Shown here piece after piece: positions 1 to 11,115 of a stretch of DNA of 64,000 bases. Positions within the stretch are counted from its first letter, which is position 1, and every line of letters begins with the position of its first letter. The translations under genes were made by a program, and so were the position numbers. Location: the NCBI GenBank assembly GCA_963775685.1, contig CAVZJV010000014.1, forward strand, positions 960,001 to 1,024,000, given 5' to 3'. The stretch is from Candidatus Bathyarchaeota archaeon. Lineage in GTDB: Archaea > Thermoproteota > Bathyarchaeia > Bathyarchaeales > Bathycorpusculaceae. The notes under the pieces were generated by a model, which was not told the origin of the DNA, did no database searches, and saw nothing but the letters and a program-made list of their open reading frames with translations.

Positions 1-200
1 AGATTGTTCTTAAAAGTAGCCGCAATCAAGTACATCGATGGAAATAGCAAAACAAGACTAAACCAATACAAAAGTGACATATGCTTAAAAACAAAATCGT
101 TGGCAGAGCCAACTGAAAGAGGATAGCTAGCAAACCAAGACCAAATCAGTAATGTTAGCCCTACAAAAAGAGGAACGAATAGAAGCTTTTTCTTGTCCAT
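1..200 (-). CDS. Partial polytopic membrane protein (5' part, runs off the window)
   Basis: ATG at 200 opens MDKKKLLFVPLFVGLTLLIWSWFASYPLSV...LLYWFSLVLLFPSMYLIAATFKNN with no stop before position 1; two hydrophobic segments. Confidence 0.7.
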   Translation of the reverse strand, partial: MDKKKLLFVPLFVGLTLLIWSWFASYPLSVGSANDFVFKHMSLLYWFSLVLLFPSMYLIAATFKNN

Positions 201-451
201 TGGTATACCTTTATCGACGTCATTTTAAGCACATAGTATGGCTTTTTTTAATAATTATTTGTGCTTCATCGGTTTAGGGGCAGTCTAAAATATGCAAATC
301 CCATAAATGTTTAAGCCAAATTTAAAATCAAACAGATACAGTTGTTCACTATGTTTACAACAACTAAAAATTAACCGATAAACTTTCAATAAACCTTCAA
401 TCCTTTCCATTCAAGAAAAAAAGATGAAATAGGATGTTTGAAGTTTTCTAT

Positions 452-1381
452 CTATTTCAATGCAGTGACATACTGTTCCCACCAAGTTGGAAGATAGCTA
501 TTATCATCAGGAACAGCAGCCATACAATAAACGCCATGCGACCAAGCCCATTCTGTATCCCAAATTGCCCGCGCCAAAGTTATAGTTGGCTGAGCCGATG
601 GTCGAGGAGGATTCATTGAAGCATCAGCGCCTGAACCATAGATGTAAACTCCAGCCCAAGGAGCGCCTAAGTCGTAGCCGTAATCTTTGCTAACACCTAT
701 GAATTTTTCTGGATATTGTGCTAATATATCTGATTTTTCATCAATCAATTGTTTCCAACAAAATTCTGCACTTACTTTGTCGGCCCATAAATATGAATTT
801 TGAATATTTCCTCCACCGGGATTAACAAACATTAACTTGCCTTTACTATGAACATAATCTGCAATTGCTTGATAGTAACTTGGGTTATATTGATTGCACT
901 CATCAATCATAAAAGCATCAATTTCTGGGCCAATACTCAATTGATAATCAACTGACCCTCGGCTGTGTCCAGACAAATCAGAAGTATGCAATATCGTATT
1001 TAGAGGTACATTTCCTCCATCGCTCCATATGCGATCTGCGATTTTAACTCCATGTGAATGGAAATAGTTGATAAATGCTGATGTTAATTGTGGACTGCCC
1101 CAATTTCCGCTGTCTATCCAAATCGTTATTCCGGAAGAATCTCTTGCAGCACATATTCTTTGAGCTTCGCTGTCACCGGCAGACATCCAATGTTGAACCC
1201 ACAGATACAATTCCCCCTTTGGCGTTGAAGGGATTGGAGGGTAAATAATGGTACCCTGCGAATAAACAGGTTGGGTCTTTACCTGCTCTGTTAATGCGCT
1301 ACCTATAAATTGAAAACATAGAATTATTGTTAAAAAAAATAAAAATATGTTTCTAAGTTTTGCGCATTCACAGTCACACAA
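452..1381 (-). CDS. Secreted spherulin-4/GH135-like TIM-barrel glycoside hydrolase (start uncertain)
   Basis: Signal-like N-terminus. Motifs HGVKI, IDAFMIDE, YYxxIADYVH, FVNPG and ADKVSAE echo spherulin-4 GVKVLGY / DGIFxDE / NPG / ADxxVxFE. Close paralog at 11116-11880. Confidence 0.6.
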   Translation of the reverse strand: MCDCECAKLRNIFLFFLTIILCFQFIGSALTEQVKTQPVYSQGTIIYPPIPSTPKGELYLWVQHWMSAGDSEAQRICAARDSSGITIWIDSGNWGSPQLTSAFINYFHSHGVKIADRIWSDGGNVPLNTILHTSDLSGHSRGSVDYQLSIGPEIDAFMIDECNQYNPSYYQAIADYVHSKGKLMFVNPGGGNIQNSYLWADKVSAEFCWKQLIDEKSDILAQYPEKFIGVSKDYGYDLGAPWAGVYIYGSGADASMNPPRPSAQPTITLARAIWDTEWAWSHGVYCMAAVPDDNSYLPTWWEQYVTALK

Positions 1382-1837
1382 TATGATATCTCAATATACA
1401 CTAATTAAAGTGTTTTTGTTTTCCTTACGATATTAATACTGAACAACAAAAATACAATAAAACTTATTTCAAGTTTCTATAGAAAAGCCAAATTTCCCTT
1501 ATATACAAGTCCATTGGTTATACGTATCAATTTTAATCGGACAAGGCTATATTACCGGTCCTAGGTCGCCATCAACGATTAAGAATATTCAAGCTTAACA
1601 AACAATTAAGAATAAATTCAATTAAACAATCAATTAAATATTTGAAAGTGTTTCTAGAGACTCACCCAGGAAGACCCCAATCTATAAATGAATCCCAATA
1701 TAGTAGTCGAAAATAGATCGAAGAAATCAATAATCTTGAAAAGTTTTTCCTTCTCGATTAAGTTTGAAGTAAAAATAGAATAAAAACATATTAGCCACAG
1801 GATATAATCTTATCTTACTAACTGACAATAAACAATT

Positions 1838-2998
1838 TTATGTTTTGAGGTAACTGATTTCCCTTAGAACTTGCGAATAGGATGCCAAGACATTGTCAGT
1901 AATTTTATCCCACGTATATTTTTCTTCAATAGTTTTTCTTGCAGCTTTTCCAACTCTTTCTCTTATGTTATCATTTTCCAAAAGTGTCAAAATAACTTCG
2001 GCCATAGTGCTGGGAGACTTTGGTGGCACTAAAAATCCATTCACTCCATTCGTTATTACTTCCTTATTGCCACATACATCGGTGGCAACAACTGGCAAGC
2101 CACAAGACATAGCTTCCAAAAGAACAGTGGGCAACCCTTCATAGTGGGATGGAACAACATGCAAAGTTGCATTTTGATATAGTTTGATAAGTTCGTCTCT
2201 TTTGACAAATCCCAAAAGGGCTATGTGCCTCTGCATTTTTTGTTCTCGTACTTCTTTCTCTAGCTTTCGCAAGAATGGACCTTTGCCACACACAACAAAA
2301 TGCACATCTGATTTTACTTTAGAAACAAGCTTGGCGCATTCTACTAAATCAAATAAACCTTTACGTGCACGCAAAATCCCTGTGTATAATACGTATTTTT
2401 CTCCATTTATGGCCTTACTGGTTGGAGTGAATATTTTCTCATTAACACCATTGCCTATAACAGCAATTTTTTCAGATTCTAGACCATATTCTTTCAGTTC
2501 GTCAACAACAGAATAAGATACTGCTGTTATAGAGTTTGAGATATCAAACAATTTGGATTCAATTGAAGGATAGATATAACTGGACTGTAGTCTTTCTAAC
2601 AGAGAATAAAAATCAAAAACCTCATGATACCTTGAATCAGTTCTCATAGATGTGTGCACGGTAGTTATTACAGGCAAATTGGTCTTAATCAACGGTGGAA
2701 GTGGGGAATGTATGTGAACCAAATCAAAGAAGGGCTCAAGATTCTTAAATAATCTATTCATAAAAAGTCCATGTATTGACAAATGGAATGGATACAAAGG
2801 AAAAAAAGATACGTTAAAGACGTCTATGCCTTCCACAACTGTCTTAAAAGAGCTATTAGATGTTCCTCTTGTAAGTACGGTAACCCTATGCCCCCTTTCG
2901 AGCAGTTTTTTGGATAGATTATAAACAAAATAACCTATGCCACCTGATTCAGGAGGGAATTCTCGAGTAATCATGCAAATATTCAATATAAACACCAT
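1838..2998 (-). CDS. Glycosyltransferase family 4
   Basis: EFPPESGG, RARKG, EGLPTVLLEAMSCG (EX7E motif). Confidence 0.95.
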   Translation of the reverse strand: MVFILNICMITREFPPESGGIGYFVYNLSKKLLERGHRVTVLTRGTSNSSFKTVVEGIDVFNVSFFPLYPFHLSIHGLFMNRLFKNLEPFFDLVHIHSPLPPLIKTNLPVITTVHTSMRTDSRYHEVFDFYSLLERLQSSYIYPSIESKLFDISNSITAVSYSVVDELKEYGLESEKIAVIGNGVNEKIFTPTSKAINGEKYVLYTGILRARKGLFDLVECAKLVSKVKSDVHFVVCGKGPFLRKLEKEVREQKMQRHIALLGFVKRDELIKLYQNATLHVVPSHYEGLPTVLLEAMSCGLPVVATDVCGNKEVITNGVNGFLVPPKSPSTMAEVILTLLENDNIRERVGKAARKTIEEKYTWDKITDNVLASYSQVLREISYLKT

Positions 2999-3032
2999 TT
3001 TAGTTTTCTAATATATGTCCAATAAATATGCG

Positions 3033-4316
3033 TTAAGAAATAGTATTTCGATAAGCATCGTAAGTTTTACGACCAAAAATTTCAGATGAGAAAGAAGTTT
3101 CGATAGTCCTTCTGGCTGCCCTGCCAAACGCTTTATTGAGATTCTCGTTTTCTAGGAGAGAAATTATGCATTTACCTAAGCGCTCATGATCGAATGCCGG
3201 CGCCAATAGGCCATTCTTGCCAGATTCAATTATTTCTGGATTGCCTCCAGCATCACTCGCCACTGTAGCACTACCACAACTCATTGCTTCCAAAATGCTT
3301 AAAGAACAATTTTCGAAAAAAGAAGGGTTCACAGAAACCGTTGCTTCACGAATTATTTTTGGTCGCTCGTAATAACCTAAATGTCCAGTAAAAGAAAAAT
3401 TTTTTTCAGGAATCCCCATTGATCTTATTATTTGCTGATACAATGGAATATTTCCACCCCCAACGAACAAGAATTTAGCGTCTGGAAAATTTCTCAAAAC
3501 CTTAGGCATTGCCTTTATCAATATATGTATTCCTTTCTTAGAGACCAGGCGTCCAACATACACAACTGTAGGATTTCGATATTTGGTCTCTATTTCTTCT
3601 TTTGCAGGTGGAGTAAAGAAGTTTGTATCAACACCATTGTAAACGACATCAATCTTATTTTTATCCACTTTAAGTTGTTCCGCTGCAAGCTGCTTAGTAG
3701 CATTAGAGACCGCTATAAATCTAGATACTTGTCTTACATAATTTTGTTGCAATAATTCTATTATTGGATAAAACTTGAGAATTGATTCTTCTCCTGATTC
3801 TAGATCAGTAAAACGGGATTGAGCTAATAGAGCTTGATCTCGAAGCATTTGAATTGTCCCGTGCAATGTTAAAATCGTTGGAACTGGGATTCGACTGAAC
3901 AACCTTAGGAAGACGTCAGGCATGTGACATAAGTGAGAATGTATAATATCGAATTTGTATTTCTTGTTTAACTCTGGAATCTTTTTGAAGCAAGAAAGCT
4001 GAAAAGGAAGATTGTAAAAAAAAGTCTCATTTGATACTGATAAATAGTGAATATCTATTGGTCTCCCAAAAATCGAGTTCATTTCATTACTTTGAGTTTC
4101 TGTTTCTTGGATTCCTGCAATCTTGCGTTTTAGAGTTAAAACATGAATGTCGACATTTTTAGGTAGAGATTTAATTAACTCAATAATGTATGAGCCTGTG
4201 CCTCCCCAAACTGGGAAAAATTCAGGAGCAAGCATGCATAAACTTAAAGAACCCATTTTTTTCCCTTTTAAAGATTTGATACTTCTTATGTATGTTATTA
4301 AGTGATAGCCTTTCAA
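3033..4316 (-). CDS. Glycosyltransferase family 4 (probable start ATG 4256)
   Basis: EFFPVWGG, VYVGRLVSKKG, ENCSLSILEAMSCG. Confidence 0.95.
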   Translation of the reverse strand: MKGYHLITYIRSIKSLKGKKMGSLSLCMLAPEFFPVWGGTGSYIIELIKSLPKNVDIHVLTLKRKIAGIQETETQSNEMNSIFGRPIDIHYLSVSNETFFYNLPFQLSCFKKIPELNKKYKFDIIHSHLCHMPDVFLRLFSRIPVPTILTLHGTIQMLRDQALLAQSRFTDLESGEESILKFYPIIELLQQNYVRQVSRFIAVSNATKQLAAEQLKVDKNKIDVVYNGVDTNFFTPPAKEEIETKYRNPTVVYVGRLVSKKGIHILIKAMPKVLRNFPDAKFLFVGGGNIPLYQQIIRSMGIPEKNFSFTGHLGYYERPKIIREATVSVNPSFFENCSLSILEAMSCGSATVASDAGGNPEIIESGKNGLLAPAFDHERLGKCIISLLENENLNKAFGRAARRTIETSFSSEIFGRKTYDAYRNTIS

Positions 4317-4651
4317 TTATGCTCTAATTCATCAAGTGCTTAAGATAGTTTGGTGAAGCATTACCCACCTTATTGAGCTAACATCATCATTTATTAGTAT
4401 AGCAAATGAATCTGTCAACAATAATAGATCAAACAATTCATGTAAAACATCCTTAATGTAATTAAACCTTGACGACTCCCAGTTTTGCATATAACTTAAT
4501 ATCTGGATGGTACCAAGGTTTTTAAGCAAAGTAAATAATAACTTGCTTTTTGCATTAGTGGCAGTAATTGAAGCTTCACATACGTTAAATAACTTGGATA
4601 GTTACATTCTGATAATTTTTGATCGCGAAGTTCTTAGTTGCCATTTTCCCA

Positions 4652-5551
4652 TCAAAGTTTTTCTTTGATATAATTGAATGTTTCGAGCGCCTGCTTTTCT
4701 CTTGAAACTCCTATTACAACGCCCTTTATGTTCGGTAAGTCTTTTAAATAGTCAGCCGCTTCAGAAAGAGTAAGATACCCTGAGGCTAATACGCTCATTG
4801 CAATCAGATTGCATTCTGAGGATTTCGTTAGCGCATTCTCACAATCCTCTCTGGATGGATTCATTTGAAATCCTAGTTTATTGAATGGTGTTGCGATAGA
4901 TATTTGACTAAAATCAACATTCCATTCATTAAATTTCCTAACTAAATACGCGAAATTCCTCGTTTCAAAACCTGGTTTCATTCCAAGTTCTAAGGATAGG
5001 TCGATATAAGATTTTGCAAGCCAATCCAAGTTAAGGGATAGAATTATCTCGGTAATAACTTCATGGAGCATCATTGATTCCAAGTTGAAACAAGTGCCAA
5101 TTGCATCTTTAGTCCTTGAGAGCTCATAGAGTAAATAGGCTTTGAGAAGATCTTTGGGGTTCATTGTCGTCAGGAATTTTAGACTAGCTCCGATTGCTCC
5201 GACATTACCTGAAAGCACCATTTGCTTAGTGAGTTTTTTTGCTAACCCAACAGTGCCCAAGTTAGTTGCTATTCTAACGTATTCATAAGCGTAAGGTACG
5301 ATTGCATATAAAGTTGGAGAACCGCTAACTACACTTTCATTAAGTATTCGCAAAATAGAAAGTGTGATGTCACTAACTGAAAACATGAAGCCGGTAGCCC
5401 CATTCTCAAGCGAGGTTTGTACCAGTTTTGCAGCATAGATAGAATTGTTTATCTCATTGCCCCTAGCTCTTGCCCTATCCTCAGAAATGTGGCTTATTCC
5501 ATGAAATGGATTATCGCCTACAAGGAGGAATTTTTTTCCATTGGTTGACAT
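4652..5551 (-). CDS. Conserved hypothetical protein, aldo/keto-reductase-like barrel
   Basis: N-terminal LVGDNPFHGISH; C-terminal IAMSVLASGYL...VVIGVS...Q..E resembles AKR C-termini; overlaps the upstream oxidoreductase by 34 bp. Confidence 0.55.
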   Translation of the reverse strand: MSTNGKKFLLVGDNPFHGISHISEDRARARGNEINNSIYAAKLVQTSLENGATGFMFSVSDITLSILRILNESVVSGSPTLYAIVPYAYEYVRIATNLGTVGLAKKLTKQMVLSGNVGAIGASLKFLTTMNPKDLLKAYLLYELSRTKDAIGTCFNLESMMLHEVITEIILSLNLDWLAKSYIDLSLELGMKPGFETRNFAYLVRKFNEWNVDFSQISIATPFNKLGFQMNPSREDCENALTKSSECNLIAMSVLASGYLTLSEAADYLKDLPNIKGVVIGVSREKQALETFNYIKEKL

Positions 5552-6528
5552 TTTAAAGCCTCTTGTTTGACTTGCTCAATTATCTGATCAACTGTAGACG
5601 CCGTCTTAAAACTGGGTTCAGCCTTCTTTCCCTTCAATATCGAACTTACAAAGTATTCGTCCTCGCGATAATACTCGGGATCACCAAGTAAAAAGGGGAC
5701 ATTATCATTCAGCTCAGGTCGATACCACTGAACTTGTTTCCCAACATTAGGTTCTAAGGTTACATTATAATCGTTAACTGTCAGAACCCCATTTGTTCCA
5801 CGAACAGTTAAACCAAAGTTTGGCATACGATAATTTTCCTCGCACCAGGAAATATCAAACTTCCCCGACAGTCCCAATTGTCTAACCATAAAAGTTACAG
5901 AATCTTCGGAATTTTCACCTATTCTTGATTTAATAAAAGCCTTTTCAACCGTTAAGTCACCAAAAAACCATAGGGCTAAATCTATGATATGAGAACCTAA
6001 ATCACTTAGAACGCCACCTCTCGAAATGGCTTTTAAGGATTTGCTGCAAGCTGCAAAATCTGAAGAGAAAGCAGTTCCTTGAAATGAAATCAAGTCGCCC
6101 AAAACATTTTCAGACAAGAGATTTCGGGCTTTTGTGAAGGTTGAGCTAAACCGCTTCATATATCCAACCATGTTGATCCCTGATTCTCTGGTTAAAGCGC
6201 ATAATTCATTAGCTTTATCCCAGCTTGAAGCAAGGGTCTTCTCAACAAACACATTGCTGGTGATATTTTTTGTATAAAGAGCTTTAACTATTGGAAAATG
6301 AGCAGGTATAGGAGCAGTCACAAAAGCGCAATCCAGAGATAAATCGTTTAACTTTTCTACATCATCTACAACAACAGAGCGCTTAAACAACTTTTTAGCT
6401 ACTCTACGTAGCATCGTACTTTTGTCACAAAAGGCTATGACGTCAACGCCTGGAATAGTATTAAGAATACAGGAATGAAGCAGACCCATTTTGCCTAAAC
6501 CTATTATAACGACTTTAAGTCTATCCAT
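5518..6528 (-). CDS. Gfo/Idh/MocA family oxidoreductase
   Basis: IIGLGKMG Rossmann motif, VFVEKT, GGVLSDLGSH. Confidence 0.92.
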   Translation of the reverse strand: MDRLKVVIIGLGKMGLLHSCILNTIPGVDVIAFCDKSTMLRRVAKKLFKRSVVVDDVEKLNDLSLDCAFVTAPIPAHFPIVKALYTKNITSNVFVEKTLASSWDKANELCALTRESGINMVGYMKRFSSTFTKARNLLSENVLGDLISFQGTAFSSDFAACSKSLKAISRGGVLSDLGSHIIDLALWFFGDLTVEKAFIKSRIGENSEDSVTFMVRQLGLSGKFDISWCEENYRMPNFGLTVRGTNGVLTVNDYNVTLEPNVGKQVQWYRPELNDNVPFLLGDPEYYREDEYFVSSILKGKKAEPSFKTASTVDQIIEQVKQEALKCQPMEKNSSL

Positions 6529-7385
6529 ATTTTAGCAGTCCTATTCTTTTTTTAAGAAAGCTTAGCGGCGTTTTGCGATTGGTTTAAAGAAATCACAACT
6601 AATCTACTCCTGATTACTAAATCCCTCTTTGACAAGAGCGGATGTGTTTTTTATGGCTAAGTCCATAGGAAGTATACCCAAAGTAACAAGAACTTCTATT
6701 TATTATTTAAGAATTGGAAATATTCTTTTACAACAAATATATGCATTCTGAAGATTTCAGGATTACAAGTAACGTTCCACATTACTCAAAATACAATCCC
6801 AAAAGACGCATTGTTCATATAGTCGTCTTGCAAATCCACAAACCTGTAAAAATAGTGTTCAAAATCATAAAGACAGACGCTTAAGTCTGTCAATATCTTG
6901 CCTTTGTCTACCGTAACCACTCACTTTGTTGCCATTTCATGGTTCCAACAGCTGTTTAGTCGAACATGAAAACCACTAATAAGCCTCTAAAAAACAAAAA
7001 ATGAAGATGCAAGGGATAAGTAGCCAAAATGGGAGAGCTATATTGGACAAGTTGGGTCTACGACAAAAGTGAAAGGATTTTCTGCTGTTAAGGAAAAGTG
7101 TATTTATGGTCAGAAAAACCTGAGACAATTAAAGTTTCCTCGATGCACATATGAGACAAAATCTCGAAAGAGCCACATATAAAAACATTGGACTTTTATC
7201 AGAAAAGTTCTCACGCTGGGCAGGTTCAATTCAAAACTGCGCAAAAAGCCCATTCACCTGGCGCCCATTTTTTCAATAATCCAAATCAATCCAAGTCAGG
7301 TTCAATACAAACATTTTGACCTACGGAGTCAGCCTCGAAAGATGCGCTAGCAAATCTTTAAGAACTAATTCTAGCTTAAAATTAA

Positions 7386-10103
7386 GTGAGTGGAGAAGCT
7401 TTGAGAAGACCATCTACTTTTGGATTAGCACTAGCTATATTGATGCTGTTTTCTTGTGTTTTGGTTTTTGAAGTAACACTGCCAGAAGCTAACGCGCTGG
7501 TTTTGTTCAGCGACGATTTCGCCAACCTGAATAACATGACCGTAATCAATGGTGTTTGGGACACTTCAGGAAGTCTGCTTCAGGGTACAGCAGCTAATGG
7601 AGAAGCATTAGTTTGGACAGGAGACCTCTCTTGGATGTATTATCAAGCAACCGCGAACCTTCGTGCAGTTAACCCTGGAGGCGAAGCCGGCCTTGTCGTA
7701 AGGTACACTGACCCCGCCAACTTTTACCTTTTGGGGCTGGGCAGTTTTGGTCACAAATATAGTATTTCAAGAGTTGTGAATGGTGTTTACACGGAGCTGG
7801 CTTTTTCAGGGCTTTACACCGAGGTAGAAGCGGGCAGGTGGTATACTGTTTCTGCGGTTGCGTTTTGTGGTAGGTTGCAGTTGTTTGTGGACGGGGTTAA
7901 GGTTTTGGATGCACTGGATTATTCGAATCCTAGTGGGGATTATTCGCATCCTAGTGGGGCTGTGGGTTTTCGAGTATGGCAGGATACGATGCAGGTCGAA
8001 CAATTGATTGTGCAATCGCTTGGATGGAGCCAAACCTACGGAGGAACAGGCTCGGAAAGTGCCTCTTCTGTTGTTCAGACAAGTGATGGAGGATACGCCA
8101 TAGCAGGCACAACTTATAATATTACAATAAACCAAGATGTTTATTCGGATGTTTATTTGGTTAAGACTGATGCGTCTGGAAATATGTTGTGGAACAAAAT
8201 CTACGGAGGAACAGGCTCGGAAAGTGCCTCTTCTGTTGTTCAGACAAGTGATGGAGGATACGCCATAGCAGGCACAACAGACTCTTATGGTGCTGGCAAC
8301 AATGATTTTTGGTTAGTGAAGACGGATTCAGCTGGAAACCAACTTTGGACTAAAACCTACGGAGGAACAGGCTCGGAAAGTGCCTCTTCTGTTGTTCAGA
8401 CAAGTGATGGAGGATACGCCATAGCAGGCACAACAGACTCTTATGGTGCTGGCAACAATGATTTTTGGTTAGTGAAGACGGATTCAGCTGGAAACCAACT
8501 TTGGACTAAAACCTACGGAGGAACAGGCTCGGAAAGTGCCTCTTCTGTTGTTCAGACAAGTGATGGAGGATACGCCATAGCAGGCACAACTTATAATATT
8601 ACAATAAACCAAGATGTTTATTCGGATGTTTATTTGGTTAAGACTGATGCGTCTGGAAATATGTTGTGGAACAAAATCTACGGAGGAACAGGCCTTCAAG
8701 GTGGGCAGGGTGTTGTTCAAACCTCTGATGACGGATACGCAATTGTAGGCAGGAGATCCTTTTTTGGACCTAGCAAATATGATATTTATTTGGTTAAGAC
8801 TGATGCGTCTGGAAATATGCTGTGGAACAAAACCTACGGAGGCTTTGATTATGGGCTGGGAGTCTATAATTATGGATTCGGCTTTGGTGTTGTTCAAACT
8901 AGTGATGGCGGATACGCAATTGTAGGCAGTACAAGTTCTTATGGTGCTGGCGACTTTGTTTATTTGATTAAGACTGATGGGTCTGGAAATATGCTGTGGA
9001 ACAGAATCTACGGAGGAACAGGCTCGGAAAGTGCCTCTTCTGTTGTTCAGACAAGTGATGGAGGATACGCCATAGCAGGCACAACAGACTCTTATGGTGC
9101 TGGCAACAATGATTTTTGGTTAGTGAAGGTGCCAGGTGATTCTTCACCATACACTATTCATGATTATGATGGTTTATGGCGCACTTTTGACTTTGCAATA
9201 AGGCTCTCAGCTGTAGATGACTTCACCAGTGTTAACCAAATATACTATAGGATTAACGATGGGGCAATTAAAACCGTTAACAGCAACGGACAACCAGTCA
9301 TAAGCACTGAAGGCGCCAACAACAAGTTAGAATATTGGAGTACCGATAGCCTCGGAAACGAAGAGCTTCCGCATAAAACCCTGTCTGGAATACAACTAGA
9401 CAAAACCGCGCCTACTGGCTCAATAATTGTTAACAGCGGCGATGCCTTTACATCTTCCATATCAGTAAATTTGGCGTTGAGTGCAAATGATTTGACGTCA
9501 GGTGTGTCTCAAGCCCGGTACAGTAATGACGGTGTATGGGACACCGAGCCCTGGGAGACGCCTTCAGCATTTAAAACCTGGACTTTAACAGCTGGTGACG
9601 GCATAAAAACTGTTTACTATCAAGTCAAGGATAACGTGGGTTTGCTCAGTTCCACCTACTCAGACACCATCATTTTAGAAACACCTCCTACACCAACCCC
9701 GACACCTACTTTAACACCTACACCAACCCCGAGCCCTTCGCCTACTCCAACAACTATTCCAACTTCAACTCCTTCACCTTCCCCCACGTCAACTCCTACT
9801 CCAACACCAATAACTTCACCAACTCCTTCACAAACACCCTCACCCACTCCGACAACTACAACCCCACAAACCTCACCTACAGCTTCGCCAAATCCAATTC
9901 CCTCGCCAACCACAACTCTAAGCCCTACTGCAACACCTGATACTGCAACCCCAAGTCCAAGCCAAATTCAATCACCATCGCCTTCACCTACGTCACAGTC
10001 CACAGAAACACCCCTCTACCTCTATGCATTAGTAGTATTTGCTATTGCAGCAGTAAGTGTAGCTATATTCAGCATCGTGAAAAAAATGACGCCTAAGAAA
10101 TAA
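7386..10103 (+). CDS. Membrane-anchored surface protein: DUF1080/LamG-like domain, 7-repeat beta-propeller, Ig-like region, Pro/Thr linker, C-terminal TM
   Basis: Signal peptide; LFSDDF...LFVDG...GAVGF; seven WxKxYGG...[11 protein letters not shown] repeats; TM helix followed by KKMTPKK. Confidence 0.85.
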   Translation: MSGEALRRPSTFGLALAILMLFSCVLVFEVTLPEANALVLFSDDFANLNNMTVINGVWDTSGSLLQGTAANGEALVWTGDLSWMYYQATANLRAVNPGGEAGLVVRYTDPANFYLLGLGSFGHKYSISRVVNGVYTELAFSGLYTEVEAGRWYTVSAVAFCGRLQLFVDGVKVLDALDYSNPSGDYSHPSGAVGFRVWQDTMQVEQLIVQSLGWSQTYGGTGSESASSVVQTSDGGYAIAGTTYNITINQDVYSDVYLVKTDASGNMLWNKIYGGTGSESASSVVQTSDGGYAIAGTTDSYGAGNNDFWLVKTDSAGNQLWTKTYGGTGSESASSVVQTSDGGYAIAGTTDSYGAGNNDFWLVKTDSAGNQLWTKTYGGTGSESASSVVQTSDGGYAIAGTTYNITINQDVYSDVYLVKTDASGNMLWNKIYGGTGLQGGQGVVQTSDDGYAIVGRRSFFGPSKYDIYLVKTDASGNMLWNKTYGGFDYGLGVYNYGFGFGVVQTSDGGYAIVGSTSSYGAGDFVYLIKTDGSGNMLWNRIYGGTGSESASSVVQTSDGGYAIAGTTDSYGAGNNDFWLVKVPGDSSPYTIHDYDGLWRTFDFAIRLSAVDDFTSVNQIYYRINDGAIKTVNSNGQPVISTEGANNKLEYWSTDSLGNEELPHKTLSGIQLDKTAPTGSIIVNSGDAFTSSISVNLALSANDLTSGVSQARYSNDGVWDTEPWETPSAFKTWTLTAGDGIKTVYYQVKDNVGLLSSTYSDTIILETPPTPTPTPTLTPTPTPSPSPTPTTIPTSTPSPSPTSTPTPTPITSPTPSQTPSPTPTTTTPQTSPTASPNPIPSPTTTLSPTATPDTATPSPSQIQSPSPSPTSQSTETPLYLYALVVFAIAAVSVAIFSIVKKMTPKK
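8025..9130 (+). repeat. Seven 156-174 bp intragenic repeats (propeller blades)
   Basis: GGAGG of YGG recurs at 8040, 8205, 8361, 8517, 8682, 8838 and 9012; several units are nucleotide-identical. Confidence 0.9.
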
Positions 10104-10684
10104 GCGTTGCCTGATGAACCCAACAAATTTTTACAAGATCCGACATCTCGAACCCAATTTGCGGGTCATATAATGGGAAAAAACGCCAACTGTTTTCTAG
10201 TAACTATGTTTATTTGAAAGAACGAATTAATCGTTGATATACATAAATGATAAGACTAGTGCAAAGGCTGTAAGACCTATCTCTATTGAGAGTATTGCTG
10301 GATTTGGCTCCACTGCTTTAAAATATCCTTGGTAGAGTATGCTTGTGAACGTTAGAATTTGGAAGAATATTGCGTCGCCTATACAACTTAAGCCTAAGCC
10401 TTAGAAGATAAGGTATATTCTTCGGTTAAACGTAGCCTCGGGCGATATTAGTGGTCCTTAAAAAATTCGTTTTTGAGACTTTATGCTTTATGAATTTAGA
10501 GTTATTATTGAAAATACTTGAAACTTGTGATAAAGGTCTTTTTTTAAGTGGCTTTTCTGATTGGCTCATGGATTACTTGTTGAGGAATCGAAACTTGTTT
10601 GTTGCTCTTGAGGAGAAGATCCCTCAGATACGATTTCAAGGAGTTGGGTAAAAATTATTTATGATGATTTTCGTTTGTTATCTT

Positions 10685-10885
10685 TTATTTAATTGCTTTT
10701 TCTAACTTGGCTAAATCGGCGATAATTTTATTGGTTAAAGTGTCGCATTTTTGATGGTTCATTTTCTTGAATTGTGCAAAGCGGTGCCGGTATCGAATAA
10801 ACGCTTTCTGTCCCTTCTTCTTTTTAATGTTGCCATCGAATAGCAAACTTTGTAGCTTACGCTTAACATGGTCAGCGTTAAGCAA
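10685..10885 (-). CDS. Small basic hypothetical protein
   Basis: 66-aa ORF with GGAGG upstream of a TTG start; no recognised motif. Confidence 0.4.
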   Translation of the reverse strand: MLNADHVKRKLQSLLFDGNIKKKKGQKAFIRYRHRFAQFKKMNHQKCDTLTNKIIADLAKLEKAIK

Positions 10886-11115
10886 AAAAGAGCCTCCAAA
10901 AAAGGGAGTTGAGCGCGGAGTGGGGAAATCACCAAAAAATAGACGTGCCTATATAGTTAGTAAATTGCTTTTCAAAAAAATTATTAAAGAAATAAGTATA
11001 TTAGAAAAACTATCGTAACTTAATTGTTGCTGCATGGGATAAATTTTTTTTATCTCTTTCATTAAATACTTGTATTACGAAATAAAAATAAAAAAAGGAG
11101 ATTTTAGCAGGTTAA

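Noticed and set aside
4332-4529. 65-aa ORF between the AKR-like and GT4 genes
   Set aside because: TTG start, no motif, AT-rich spacer; unsupported
7215-7310. tRNA fragment or att site (CAGGTTCAAT twice)
   Set aside because: No T-stem pairing or cloverleaf; no integrase in the window
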